A stretch of DNA of 64,000 bases from an uncultured candidate division Zixibacteria bacterium. Its GTDB lineage: Bacteria; Zixibacteria; MSB-5A5; RBG-16-43-9. The stretch's first letter is position 1. Each line of letters opens with the position of its first letter. The position numbers and the translations under genes were made by a program. This document shows positions 29,786 to 38,665 of the stretch, piece by piece. The notes below the pieces were generated by a model. It was not told the DNA's origin. It did not search any database and saw only the letters and a list, made by a program, of their open reading frames with translations. Where the stretch lies: assembly GCA_963713865.1 (NCBI GenBank), contig OY970208.1, positions 1,472,001 to 1,536,000 on the forward strand, written 5' to 3'.

Positions 29786-30337
29786 ATGTCTGACAGTAAG
29801 AATCAAAGAACAGACAGAACAGACAAGAATGTCTGTTCTACCAATGATCTCAACGATGGGCTTCAAATCACCAGAAGGAAACTTCCACACTGGACATTGA
29901 AAGGCTCAACCTATTTTGTTACTTTTAGAACGGCTAAAAGACAGGCAGGAATGCCTATCCTCCTATCCATTGAAGAACAGAAACTGGTTTTGGAACATGT
30001 AATTAATCATAATGAGAGGTTTTATATGCTAATTGCCGCTGTTGTAATGCCTGATCATGTTCATTTATTACTGGCACCAGAAGAAAAATATAGACTAAGT
30101 AGAATAATGAAAGGGATTAAAGGTGTCACCGCTCGACATATTAACTTAAAAAGAGGAACTTCTGATTCTATCTGGTTTGAAGAATCCTTCGATAGAATTA
30201 TAAGAGATCAGAAAGAATTGAACGAGAAATTGAATTATATGTTGAATAATCCAATTAAGAAAAATTTAGTTGATGACCTCTGGCAATATCATGGTTGGTA
30301 TTTCAAAGAGAGATATGGCAGATATAATGTTAAATAA
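29786..30337 (+). CDS. REP-associated tyrosine transposase (RAYT, Y1 HUH)
   Basis: RRKLPHW...TYFVTFRT, VVMPDHVHLL (HUH), IWFEESFDRIIRD and NYMLNNP (catalytic Tyr). Confidence 0.92.
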   Translation: MSDSKNQRTDRTDKNVCSTNDLNDGLQITRRKLPHWTLKGSTYFVTFRTAKRQAGMPILLSIEEQKLVLEHVINHNERFYMLIAAVVMPDHVHLLLAPEEKYRLSRIMKGIKGVTARHINLKRGTSDSIWFEESFDRIIRDQKELNEKLNYMLNNPIKKNLVDDLWQYHGWYFKERYGRYNVK

Positions 30338-30443
30338 AAACAGACAGGAATGTTTGTTCTACCGGAAATAAAATGGTAGGTCAGACATTCTTGTCTGACT
30401 ATAATCACCGAACAGACAGGAATGTCTGTTCTACCGATTGTTT

Positions 30444-31340
30444 ATGATCTACGAGCAAATAGCAGAAAACAAAAGAAAAAGTATTTTTCTCCTTTTCTTA
30501 TTCATAGTCTTTCTCCTTTTCTTGGGGTGGGTTTTTGGTGAAGCTTATCAATCAGGTGAAGCCGGACTTATTATCGCTCTGGTAGTTGCTATTGTAATCT
30601 CTTTTGTTACCTTTTTCTATGGCGATAAAATGGTTTTAGGGATAAGTCAGGCAAAGCCGGTTGATCCCAAAGAAAATCCTTATCTTTATAATGTTATCGA
30701 AGGACTGGCTATTGGGGCTGGTGTTCCTGCACCTAAGGCTTATATTATCGACGACACTGCCCCGAACGCTTTTGCTACTGGAAGAAATCCACAGAATTCA
30801 GCCATTGTTGTTACAACTGGTCTTTTGCAGAAGATGGATCGGCTGGAACTGGAAGGTGTAATTGCTCACGAGATGTCGCATATAAAAAATTTCGATATCC
30901 GCTATGCTACCCTAGTAGTGGTCTTGGTTGGAACTGTGGCTTTGCTTTCTGACTGGATGGGCAGGAGTTTTTTCTACGGAAGGGGGAGAAGAGATAGAAG
31001 AGGTGGCGGGAATGCGATTTTTATCCTTTTAGCTTTGATCCTGGTGATTTTAGCTCCGGTGATTGCCAAATTGATTCAGCTCGCCATTTCCAGACAGAGG
31101 GAGTATTTAGCAGATTCCTCAGGAGCACTCCTTACCCGTTATCCAGAAGGGCTGGCTTCGGCTTTAGAGAAAATCTCAAAAGATACCGAACCATTAGAGG
31201 TGGCGAATAAGGCAACTGCCCATCTTTATATCGTTAATCCCTTGCTTGATCACCGGGGTAAGTTGAATGATCTTTTTTCGACTCATCCTCCGACAGAGGA
31301 AAGGATTAAGCGACTAAGGGCGATGACGTTTGTCAAATAA
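30444..31340 (+). CDS. htpX: M48 zinc metalloprotease HtpX
   Basis: PNAFATGRNP, AHEMSH, SRQREYLAD and FSTHPP. Confidence 0.95.
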   Translation: MIYEQIAENKRKSIFLLFLFIVFLLFLGWVFGEAYQSGEAGLIIALVVAIVISFVTFFYGDKMVLGISQAKPVDPKENPYLYNVIEGLAIGAGVPAPKAYIIDDTAPNAFATGRNPQNSAIVVTTGLLQKMDRLELEGVIAHEMSHIKNFDIRYATLVVVLVGTVALLSDWMGRSFFYGRGRRDRRGGGNAIFILLALILVILAPVIAKLIQLAISRQREYLADSSGALLTRYPEGLASALEKISKDTEPLEVANKATAHLYIVNPLLDHRGKLNDLFSTHPPTEERIKRLRAMTFVK

Positions 31341-31455
31341 CAGATGAAAGATGACAGATAAAAAAATAAACGCGTAGCCGAGCCTTCAAGACTCAGCCGT
31401 AGAGATTGTAATGACAGAACAATGTTCTGTCCTACAAATAGAAATAGAGGACAAA

Positions 31456-32730
31456 ATGGCAAAAAAGCTTTTTATCTTCGAGGATGACAAATTTACAAAC
31501 TTTTACCCTCTGACCTATAATCGTCCGGTATATGAGCTTCTATGCGGGATTACAAAATTAAAGGATAAACTGATTCCTCTTTATCCTGAAGCTGAGGTTA
31601 TTCTTTTATGTCGGGATTATTTAACTGAGGTCTTAAGGCAAAAAGGCTCTGGTAAAGTTAATAACTTCAGTATTAAAAAAGAAGACCAGCTCCTTTTTAT
31701 TAATGGGCGTATATTAGCAGAAAATAAGCTTCCTCAAAAAATAAAATTTTCTGGAAAAGAGATAGGGTTTACCTTTAAAAGTGAACTTGTTGCCCTGAAT
31801 CTGAAAGGCGAGGATTTTAAAAAATATGAAGATGAGGTTAAAACCTTATACATGAAAGACAAAATCAGGTCGATAATTAAAAGGATAAAAACAGTAGAGA
31901 TTAAAGTTGGTATTATAAACTATCTCTGGGATCTCATAAAATTAAATCCGGAAGAGATAGAAAAGGATTTCAAAAGACTTTTTCAGGTCAAGAAAAATGA
32001 TTTGAGGAAGGAGGTTGAACCTTCAGTCAAAATCTATAACCCGAAAGACGTTTATATTGGCAAGAATACTTATATAGATGCTTTTGTGGTTTTAGATGCG
32101 AGAAAGGGGCCTGTTTATATCGATGAAGATGTAGTCATTCAAGCATATACCAAGATAGAAGGACCGGCCTATATCGGAACAGGAAGTATCTTGTTTGGAG
32201 CGAAGATAAGACAAGGGACAAGTATCGGTTCCTTTTGTCGAATAGGAGGAGAGGTTGAGAATTCCATATTTTTGGGGTATAGTAATAAATATCATGAGGG
32301 GTTCTTAGGTCATTCCTATGCAGGAGAATGGGTGAACTTAGGAGCTTTGACTACTAATAGCGATCTGAAAAATAATTACGGCAACATCAAGGTCTTTTTA
32401 AATGGGAAGAATATTGACACCGGATTGGTCAAAGTGGGCTCAATGATAGGGGATCACGTTAAAACCGGAATAGGGACTCTACTTAACACTGGTATAAATA
32501 TCGGATTTGGCTCTAATCTTTTTGGCGGAGGGATGATTAAGGAAAAATTCATACCCTCTTTTTACTGGGGTGGAGTTCAGGGTTTTTCTGAATATGAATT
32601 TGGGAAAATGATTGATACAGCAGAAAAGGTGATAAAGCGTAGAAATAAGAAATTAACTTCAAAGGAAAAGAGACTTTTTTCAATTTTGTTTGAATTAACC
32701 AAAGAAGAAAGGAAGTTAATCAGGGTTTGA
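31456..32730 (+). CDS. GlmU-like sugar nucleotidyltransferase/acetyltransferase (alternative bacterial type)
   Basis: FYPLTYNRPVYELLCG, a hexapeptide LbH region, and NKYHEGFLGHSY...NLGA..NSDLKN. SD GAGG precedes ATG 31456; ATG 31411 lies inside a REP. Confidence 0.8.
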   Translation: MAKKLFIFEDDKFTNFYPLTYNRPVYELLCGITKLKDKLIPLYPEAEVILLCRDYLTEVLRQKGSGKVNNFSIKKEDQLLFINGRILAENKLPQKIKFSGKEIGFTFKSELVALNLKGEDFKKYEDEVKTLYMKDKIRSIIKRIKTVEIKVGIINYLWDLIKLNPEEIEKDFKRLFQVKKNDLRKEVEPSVKIYNPKDVYIGKNTYIDAFVVLDARKGPVYIDEDVVIQAYTKIEGPAYIGTGSILFGAKIRQGTSIGSFCRIGGEVENSIFLGYSNKYHEGFLGHSYAGEWVNLGALTTNSDLKNNYGNIKVFLNGKNIDTGLVKVGSMIGDHVKTGIGTLLNTGINIGFGSNLFGGGMIKEKFIPSFYWGGVQGFSEYEFGKMIDTAEKVIKRRNKKLTSKEKRLFSILFELTKEERKLIRV

Positions 32731-32775
32731 TAAATCTAACCCCTACATTAGTAGGAGCTTGATTTATCAAGTACC
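32721..32775. repeat. Back-to-back degenerate REPs, one overlapping a stop codon
   Basis: CAGGGTTTGATAAATCTAACCCCTAC and GTAGGAGCTTGATTTATCAAGTACC. Confidence 0.6.
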
Positions 32776-32790
32776 AGTGAACTTTAGATG

Positions 32791-32819
32791 TTGACAATAG
32801 GTGTTTTAAATTATATTAT
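32791..32819 (+). promoter_or_regulatory. Sigma70 promoter for galT-glgA
   Basis: TTGACA-17 bp-TATTAT. Confidence 0.7.
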
Positions 32820-32850
32820 CTAAGTAAAAAATCACGAGAGAGGTGAGAAG

Positions 32851-33852
32851 ATGCCGGAGCTGAGAAAAGACCCGATCATTGGTAGATGGGTGATTATCTC
32901 CACAGAAAGGGGTAAAAGGCCTTCTGATTTTTCCAGTCTTCCTAAAAGGAAAGGAAGTTCCCTGTGTCCTTTCTGTCCAGGGAACGAATCCTCAACTCCG
33001 CCTGAGGTCTTAGCTTTCAGAGCCCCACTTTCGGAGCCTAATAAACCCGGCTGGACCCTTAGGGTTATCTCGAATAAGTATCCTGCCTTGAGGATCGAAG
33101 GGGATCTAAATAGAGAGGGGAAAGGAATATATGATAAGATGAATGGTATCGGTGCGCATGAGGTTATTATCGAAACCCCGGATCATATAAAAGATATGCC
33201 TTATTATGATGATAAAGAGGTTGAGGATACAATCCGGGCTTATATTTACCGGATCACCGATTTAAAGAAAGACCCACGCTTTAGATATATAATGATCTTT
33301 AAAAATCAAGGCGAAGAAGCGGGTGCCTCTTTAGAGCACAGTCATAGCCAGCTTATCGCTACGCCGGTTATACCAAAAAGGGTGATGGAGGAAGTAGAGA
33401 GGTCTAAGGTCTATTTCGATTATAAGGAGCGATGTATCTTCTGTGACATAGTTAGGCAGGAGATCTCCGAAAATGAAAGGATAGTTCTGCAGAACGATTT
33501 CTTCATAGCGGTAGAACCATTTGCTCCCAGATTTCCATTTGAGACCTGGATTCTTCCCAAATCGCATATCTCCCGTTTTGAAAATACTAAAAAAGAGGCA
33601 ATTCCATCTCTGGCTAAAATACTCAAGGAGACTTTACTCCGTCTGTCAAAAGCGCTTAATAATCCACCTTATAATTATATTATCCACACTGCTCCCATTG
33701 GTAATCATGAAGACTTAGAAGAATACCACTGGCATATTGAGATTATGCCCAAACTTACCCGGGTAGCGGGATTTGAATGGGGGACTGGTTTCTACATAAA
33801 TCCTACCTCTCCAGAAGATGCGGCTAAGTATCTGAAGGAAATTGAAATTTAG
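32851..33852 (+). CDS. galT: GalT-family nucleotidyltransferase
   Basis: ELRKDP, CPFCPGNE, GASLEHSHSQ (HxHxQ) and AGFEWGTG. Confidence 0.88.
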   Translation: MPELRKDPIIGRWVIISTERGKRPSDFSSLPKRKGSSLCPFCPGNESSTPPEVLAFRAPLSEPNKPGWTLRVISNKYPALRIEGDLNREGKGIYDKMNGIGAHEVIIETPDHIKDMPYYDDKEVEDTIRAYIYRITDLKKDPRFRYIMIFKNQGEEAGASLEHSHSQLIATPVIPKRVMEEVERSKVYFDYKERCIFCDIVRQEISENERIVLQNDFFIAVEPFAPRFPFETWILPKSHISRFENTKKEAIPSLAKILKETLLRLSKALNNPPYNYIIHTAPIGNHEDLEEYHWHIEIMPKLTRVAGFEWGTGFYINPTSPEDAAKYLKEIEI

Positions 33853-33884
33853 GCAAAAGGCAATAGTCAAAAATAGGAGTAAAA

Positions 33885-35384
33885 TTGAATAAATATAAAC
33901 TCAAGGTTTTGATTGTGTCTCCGGAAGTAGTTCCCTTTGCTAAAACCGGAGGACTGGCGGATGTAGCAGGTGCATTATCTAAAGTTTTATCCGTTAAAGG
34001 CAGATATGAGATTAAGACTATTCTACCTAAGTATAAGATGGTGGATAACAGAAAGTTCAACCTGGGAAAAATAGACCTTCATCTTCCTGAAATCAAAATA
34101 GGGGAAAAGAAAGTAAAATTTGAAATAAAGAGATGTCAACTTTCTCAATCAGAATATCTTTTTGTAGAGAATGGTGAGTATTATGACAGGGAGGAGCTTT
34201 ATCAGGATAGAAAGAGCGGATATGATTATGAAGATAACGATGAGAGATACATCCTTTTTGGGAGGGGGGTTCTAGAGACTGTTAAAGCTTTGAACTGGAA
34301 GCCTGACCTTATCCACTGTAATGACTGGCAGTCAGCTTTGATACCGGCATATATTAAAACTATCTACGAAGATGACTTATTTTATAAAAGTATTGCTACA
34401 CTTTTTACCATACATAACATCGCCTATCAGGGTAATTTCCCCAAGGAATCCTTTGAGAAGCTTGGAGTAAAAAGTGAACTATTTTATCCTTTAAGCCCTT
34501 TTGAATACTGGGGCAGGGTGAATTTTTTGAAGATCGGAATAATTTATTCTGACCTGATTAATACAGTTAGTGAAAGATATGCAGTTGAGATTCAATCAGG
34601 ACCTGAGTTCGGATATGGGATGGAGGGAGTTTTACGAGATAGAAGCCAGGACCTATACGGGGTATTAAATGGAGCAGATTATGAGGAGTGGAGCCCGGAA
34701 AAAGATAAACTAATTCCTTATAATTATGGTAAAGGGAACCTGTGGGTAAAAACAAAAAATAAAGAATTTCTGTTGAAACAGGCGAACTTAGGTTATGATG
34801 AAAATATCCCTTTGATCGGGATGATCTCCAGATTAGCTGACCAGAAGGGATTTGACCTGCTTCAAGAGATTGCAAATAGACTTTTGTCATTAGAGCTTAA
34901 ATTAGTGATTTTGGGGACGGGCGAGGAAAAATATCATAGATTTCTACCGGAGCTGGAGAAAAAATATCCTGAAAAGATGAAAGTATATCTTAAATATGAT
35001 AATAAATTAGCGCATCTGATTGAAGCCGGGTCAGATATCTTTCTTATGCCTTCAAGGTATGAGCCTTGTGGTTTGAATCAGTTATATAGTTTAAAATATG
35101 GTACTATCCCTGTAGTACGCGAAACTGGTGGTTTAGCAGATACCATAGAGAATTATAATCTACGGACGAAAAAAGGAACAGGGTTTGTTTTTAAAGATTA
35201 TAATGGTGAGGAGCTTTTCTTTGCCCTGAAAAGAGCCTTAGAACTTTTCAAAGACAAAACTGCCTGGAATAATCTTATAGTTGAGGGGATGGAAAAGGAT
35301 TTTTCCTGGGAAGCTTCAGCTGAGAAATATATCCGGCTGTATGAAAAAGCAGTAGCAAAAAGGAGAGAGGCTATTAAAGGCTAA
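33885..35384 (+). CDS. glgA: Glycogen synthase
   Basis: PFAKTGGLADV, HCNDWQ, TIHNIAYQG and PSRYEPCGLNQ. Confidence 0.96.
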   Translation: MNKYKLKVLIVSPEVVPFAKTGGLADVAGALSKVLSVKGRYEIKTILPKYKMVDNRKFNLGKIDLHLPEIKIGEKKVKFEIKRCQLSQSEYLFVENGEYYDREELYQDRKSGYDYEDNDERYILFGRGVLETVKALNWKPDLIHCNDWQSALIPAYIKTIYEDDLFYKSIATLFTIHNIAYQGNFPKESFEKLGVKSELFYPLSPFEYWGRVNFLKIGIIYSDLINTVSERYAVEIQSGPEFGYGMEGVLRDRSQDLYGVLNGADYEEWSPEKDKLIPYNYGKGNLWVKTKNKEFLLKQANLGYDENIPLIGMISRLADQKGFDLLQEIANRLLSLELKLVILGTGEEKYHRFLPELEKKYPEKMKVYLKYDNKLAHLIEAGSDIFLMPSRYEPCGLNQLYSLKYGTIPVVRETGGLADTIENYNLRTKKGTGFVFKDYNGEELFFALKRALELFKDKTAWNNLIVEGMEKDFSWEASAEKYIRLYEKAVAKRREAIKG

Positions 35385-35478
35385 AGGTTATTGGAGATAG
35401 TTTAAAGGCTGGTTGTTGATCTCCGGACCAACGAAGAGCAGAGTACCTATACCTGTCCGGACTATCTAAAAAAATTTA

Positions 35479-35507
35479 TTGACAATTTTTTTCCGGGCGT
35501 ATATCTT
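35479..35507 (+). promoter_or_regulatory. tRNA promoter
   Basis: TTGACA-17 bp-TATCTT. Confidence 0.65.
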
Positions 35508-35540
35508 GAAACTGGATCAGAATTTGGGTCCAGCGGATAA

Positions 35541-35617
35541 GCGGGAATAGCTCAGTTGGCTAGAGCGTCACCTTGCCAAGGTGAATGTCGCGGGTTCAAA
35601 TCCCGTTTCCCGCTCCA
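35541..35617 (+). tRNA. tRNA-Gly(GCC)
   Basis: GCGGGAA/TTCCCGC acceptor stem, TTGCCAA anticodon loop, GGTTCAAATCC T-arm, encoded CCA. Confidence 0.97.
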
Positions 35618-35640
35618 ATTTTTGTCCGGAGGACAAAAAT

Positions 35641-35717
35641 TGGTTAATAGTTAATGGTTCATAGTAAGCAGTAAAAATCTATTTCTATGAACTATCTACT
35701 ATGAACTAATAACTATC
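35641..35717. repeat. Inverted arrays of degenerate heptamer tandem repeats in the tRNA spacer
   Basis: TTAATAG TTAATGG TTCATAG TAAGCAG ... CTATGAA CTATCTA CTATGAA CTAATAA. Confidence 0.7.
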
Positions 35718-35736
35718 CTGCCTACAGCGGGATTCC

Positions 35737-35808
<72 letters not shown>

Positions 35809-35936
35809 TTTTAAATACAGTTTAAAAGTTTAAGAGTTTAGAAGTTTATCAAGATATCATCAATACCTATTTTTTATCGTTTAAGACTATAAAAAAGGAA
35901 AGGGATAAACCCCTCCCCTATATAAGGCAGAAAATT

Positions 35937-36650
35937 ATGATTAAAAAGGTCGAAAAAGAGATCAGGGGATTTTTAAAGAAGAATGCAGACGAAAGAATCG
36001 TGAAAAAATATGCCCGATATTTTAATGAAGGGTATGACTCTTACGGAATCGATAAAGAGTTATTCAGTCAAAAAAGAGAAGAGTGGTTTGAATTCTGCAA
36101 GAAAAATTTATCTTTAAAGGAAATTCTTGCCCTGGGTGAGAATCTGATTAAAACCGGAAAGTATGAAGAGGCATCGGTCGCGCTTGATTTTTTCACTCGC
36201 TTAAAAGAGAATTACAATAAGAAAATGTTTGATATCATCGGGAAATGGTTTCAGAAATATATAATTAACTGGGCACATTCTGATTGGGCATGTAGTGATA
36301 TTTTATATTTCTTCATCAAAGATAAAGTAGTTTCCCTTAAAGAGCTGGTGGATTGGACAAAGTCATCCTCTAAATGGAAAAGGAGAGCGGTAGCAGTTAC
36401 CCTGGTGAAATTGGTCTCAAAAGATGATTACATCAAAGAAGGTTTATCCGTTTCCCGAAAACTTATCCTTGATCCGGAAAGGGTTGTTCATCAGGGTGTG
36501 GGCTGGCTTTTAAGGGAGACCTGGAAAAAATCACCCGTAGAGGTTGAAAATTTTCTCTTCAAATGGAAAGATATAGCTCCACGCCTGGTAATCCTGTATG
36601 CAACTGAAAAGATTGATAAAGAGAAAAGGAAGAGATTCAGGAAAGATTGA
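35937..36650 (+). CDS. DNA alkylation repair protein (AlkD-like HEAT repeat)
   Basis: INWAHSD, WKRRAVAV and VHQGVGWLLRE. Confidence 0.85.
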   Translation: MIKKVEKEIRGFLKKNADERIVKKYARYFNEGYDSYGIDKELFSQKREEWFEFCKKNLSLKEILALGENLIKTGKYEEASVALDFFTRLKENYNKKMFDIIGKWFQKYIINWAHSDWACSDILYFFIKDKVVSLKELVDWTKSSSKWKRRAVAVTLVKLVSKDDYIKEGLSVSRKLILDPERVVHQGVGWLLRETWKKSPVEVENFLFKWKDIAPRLVILYATEKIDKEKRKRFRKD

Positions 36651-36835
36651 AAAAAGGGCTTCGTAGGCGGGGCTCCCAGCCCTGCAAAATAAGTTTTAGA
36701 GAGTTCTCAAAAAGAAAGCTTGACAACCATATCTGATTTTATATAATTATTTTTTCGAGAGGTTAAATGTTGGGAAGTTCTTAGAGTGGGGATGACTATA
36801 AACTAACAACTATGAACGGATAACTGTTTTTATTT

Positions 36836-36921
36836 GCCGGAGTGGCGAAATAGGTAGACGCAAGGGACTTAAAATCCCTCGGTGATGTATCACTGTCCCG
36901 GTTCAATTCCGGGCTCCGGCA
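36836..36921 (+). tRNA. tRNA-Leu(TAA)
   Basis: GCCGGAG/CTCCGGC stem, CTTAAAA loop, long variable arm; it has its own promoter TTGACA(36720)-16 bp-TATAAT. Confidence 0.96.
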
Positions 36922-36930
36922 TTTTGTTTT

Positions 36931-36958
36931 GTAGGGGTTCAAAATTTTGAACCCCTAC
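36931..36958. repeat. Perfect 28-bp GTAG REP palindrome after tRNA-Leu
   Basis: GTAGGGGTTCAAAATTTTGAACCCCTAC. Confidence 0.8.
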
Positions 36959-37255
36959 TTTTAATAAACCACGCAAGTCTGAGGTTTTACCCAACATTTT
37001 CATTCAATATTAGATACAATTAAAAAAAGTTTTAAATTTTATTTGCAAAGTATTCAATTTTTTGATATTATAGATATAATTATAAGGTAGGATATGGTTT
37101 TCTGAATATGAATCCGTATATGAAGCAAGAAATATTCTTTGACAATTTCTCTCGGTGCTATTCTGCAGAAATAAACCAGGCCTTAAGGAAAAAGATTTTG
37201 AGTTTGAAGATTTGATTAATAGAAATTTTTAAACAATTTAGAGAAGGAGATTAAG

Positions 37256-38649
37256 ACGAAGATACTTTTAATTAACCCCCCGGCGATAAACTTTTATCAC
37301 CGGATTGGCCTCAAGCTTCCTCCTTTGGGCCTGGCTTATTTAACCAGCATCTTAAGAGAGAAAAAGCACGAAGTGAGAATTGTGGATTTGAATGTGGAGT
37401 CTTTTGATTACCGATATCTTCCGTATCAGGATTTCGACTTAGTTGGAATTTCAGTTGATACCACACGCTATCCTGTTTCCCAGAAGATCGCTCGTGCGGC
37501 TAAAAGGCACAGGGTAAAAGTTGTGATGGGTGGACCGCATGCTACTTTTTTTGATGAAGAGATTCTGACCTCTGATTCAGTTGACTACGTGATAAGGGGT
37601 GAGGGTGAATATGGCATTTTAGATTTAGTGGAGACGTTAGGAAATGGAGGGGAGGTTAAGAAAGTAAATGGGTTGTCCTTCCGTGATAACGGCACCTGGG
37701 ATAAAAATCCTCCTCGCCCTTATATTCAAAACTTGGATTTTTTACCTTTTCCTGCCAGAGACCTTTTACCTTTGAACCTTTATACTCTTAATATGGGAAA
37801 AAGGTTCAGCGCTACCATGGTTACTTCAAGGGGATGTCCTTTCAACTGTGATTTCTGTTCCTGTTCCGAGTTTTCCGGGATAAAATGGAGGACCAGATCA
37901 GTTGAGAATATTATGGATGAAGTTTCGATCCTTTATAATCGCTACGGCTATCGAGCTATCGCTTTCTTAGATGACAACTTTACCTTGAATCCCAACCGGG
38001 TAATAAATTTCTGTGAAAAGATATTACAAAAGGGATGGGATTTAGAATGGTGGGCTTTTTCCAGAATTGATACTATCGTAAAGAATGAAAAGATGGTTGA
38101 GATGATGAGCAAAGCCGGGCTAAAACAGGTTTTTATCGGATTTGAGAGTGCTAATCAGGAGACCTTAGATGGCTTCGGAAAAAATTTAGAGGTGGACACT
38201 GTTTTCAAAGGGATGGAGATTCTAAAGAAAAACAAGATCGATGTCTGGGGAAGCTTTATAATCGGAGGATTAGATGAGAGTAAAAAGATGGTTAAAGAGA
38301 CCATCCGCTTTGCTAAAAAACTTAATCCAGCTTATGCCCAGTTCTCCATTTTGACCCCCTATCCAGGAACCCGGCTTTACGATGCAGTAAAAGATAAGCT
38401 TATAACTGATAACTGGGAGATCTTCTGGGGGGACAACCGGTTATGAGCCTGGACAAGATTACTCCCAAGGAGTTGCAAAGATTAATCATCCGGGCTTATC
38501 TTTCCTTTTACTTAAGACCTAAGAAAATTTTTCAACTGGGTCTGCCTTATCTTTATCAACTTTTCTGGGGATATAAAAAGAGGGGAATGATTCCCTTAGA
38601 GAAGATGAATAATGATTGGGTTCCTACTAAAAGTATCCTGATAGCGTAA
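37256..38649 (+). pseudogene. Cobalamin-binding radical SAM protein with an ACG at the expected start and a frameshift in a G-run at about 38427-38432 (pseudogene or sequencing errors)
   Basis: xKILLINPP...PPLGLAYL, GGPHAT, RGEGE, TSRGCPFNCDFC (CxxxCxxC), DDNF, GFES and TPYPGT. One extra G joins ORF 37325-38446 to ORF 38443-38649 (FWGGQPVMSLDK). Confidence 0.75.
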
Positions 38650-38665
38650 AATTTATAGAATACTG

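Larger units (their letters stand above)
28963..30434 (+). mobile_element. REPtron: RAYT with flanking REPs and a cargo gene, inserted between lemA and htpX
   Basis: Five REPs (GTAG + 8-bp stem) at 28963-28986, 29818-29841, 30339-30362, 30376-30399 and 30411-30434, plus a degenerate copy at 29940-29963. Confidence 0.85.

Noticed and set aside
28963-30434. CRISPR array or integron attC interpretation of the 24-bp repeats
   Set aside because: The repeats alternate in orientation, have irregular spacing, carry GTAG ends and flank a RAYT. There are no cas genes, integrase or RYYYAAC/GTTRRRY cores.
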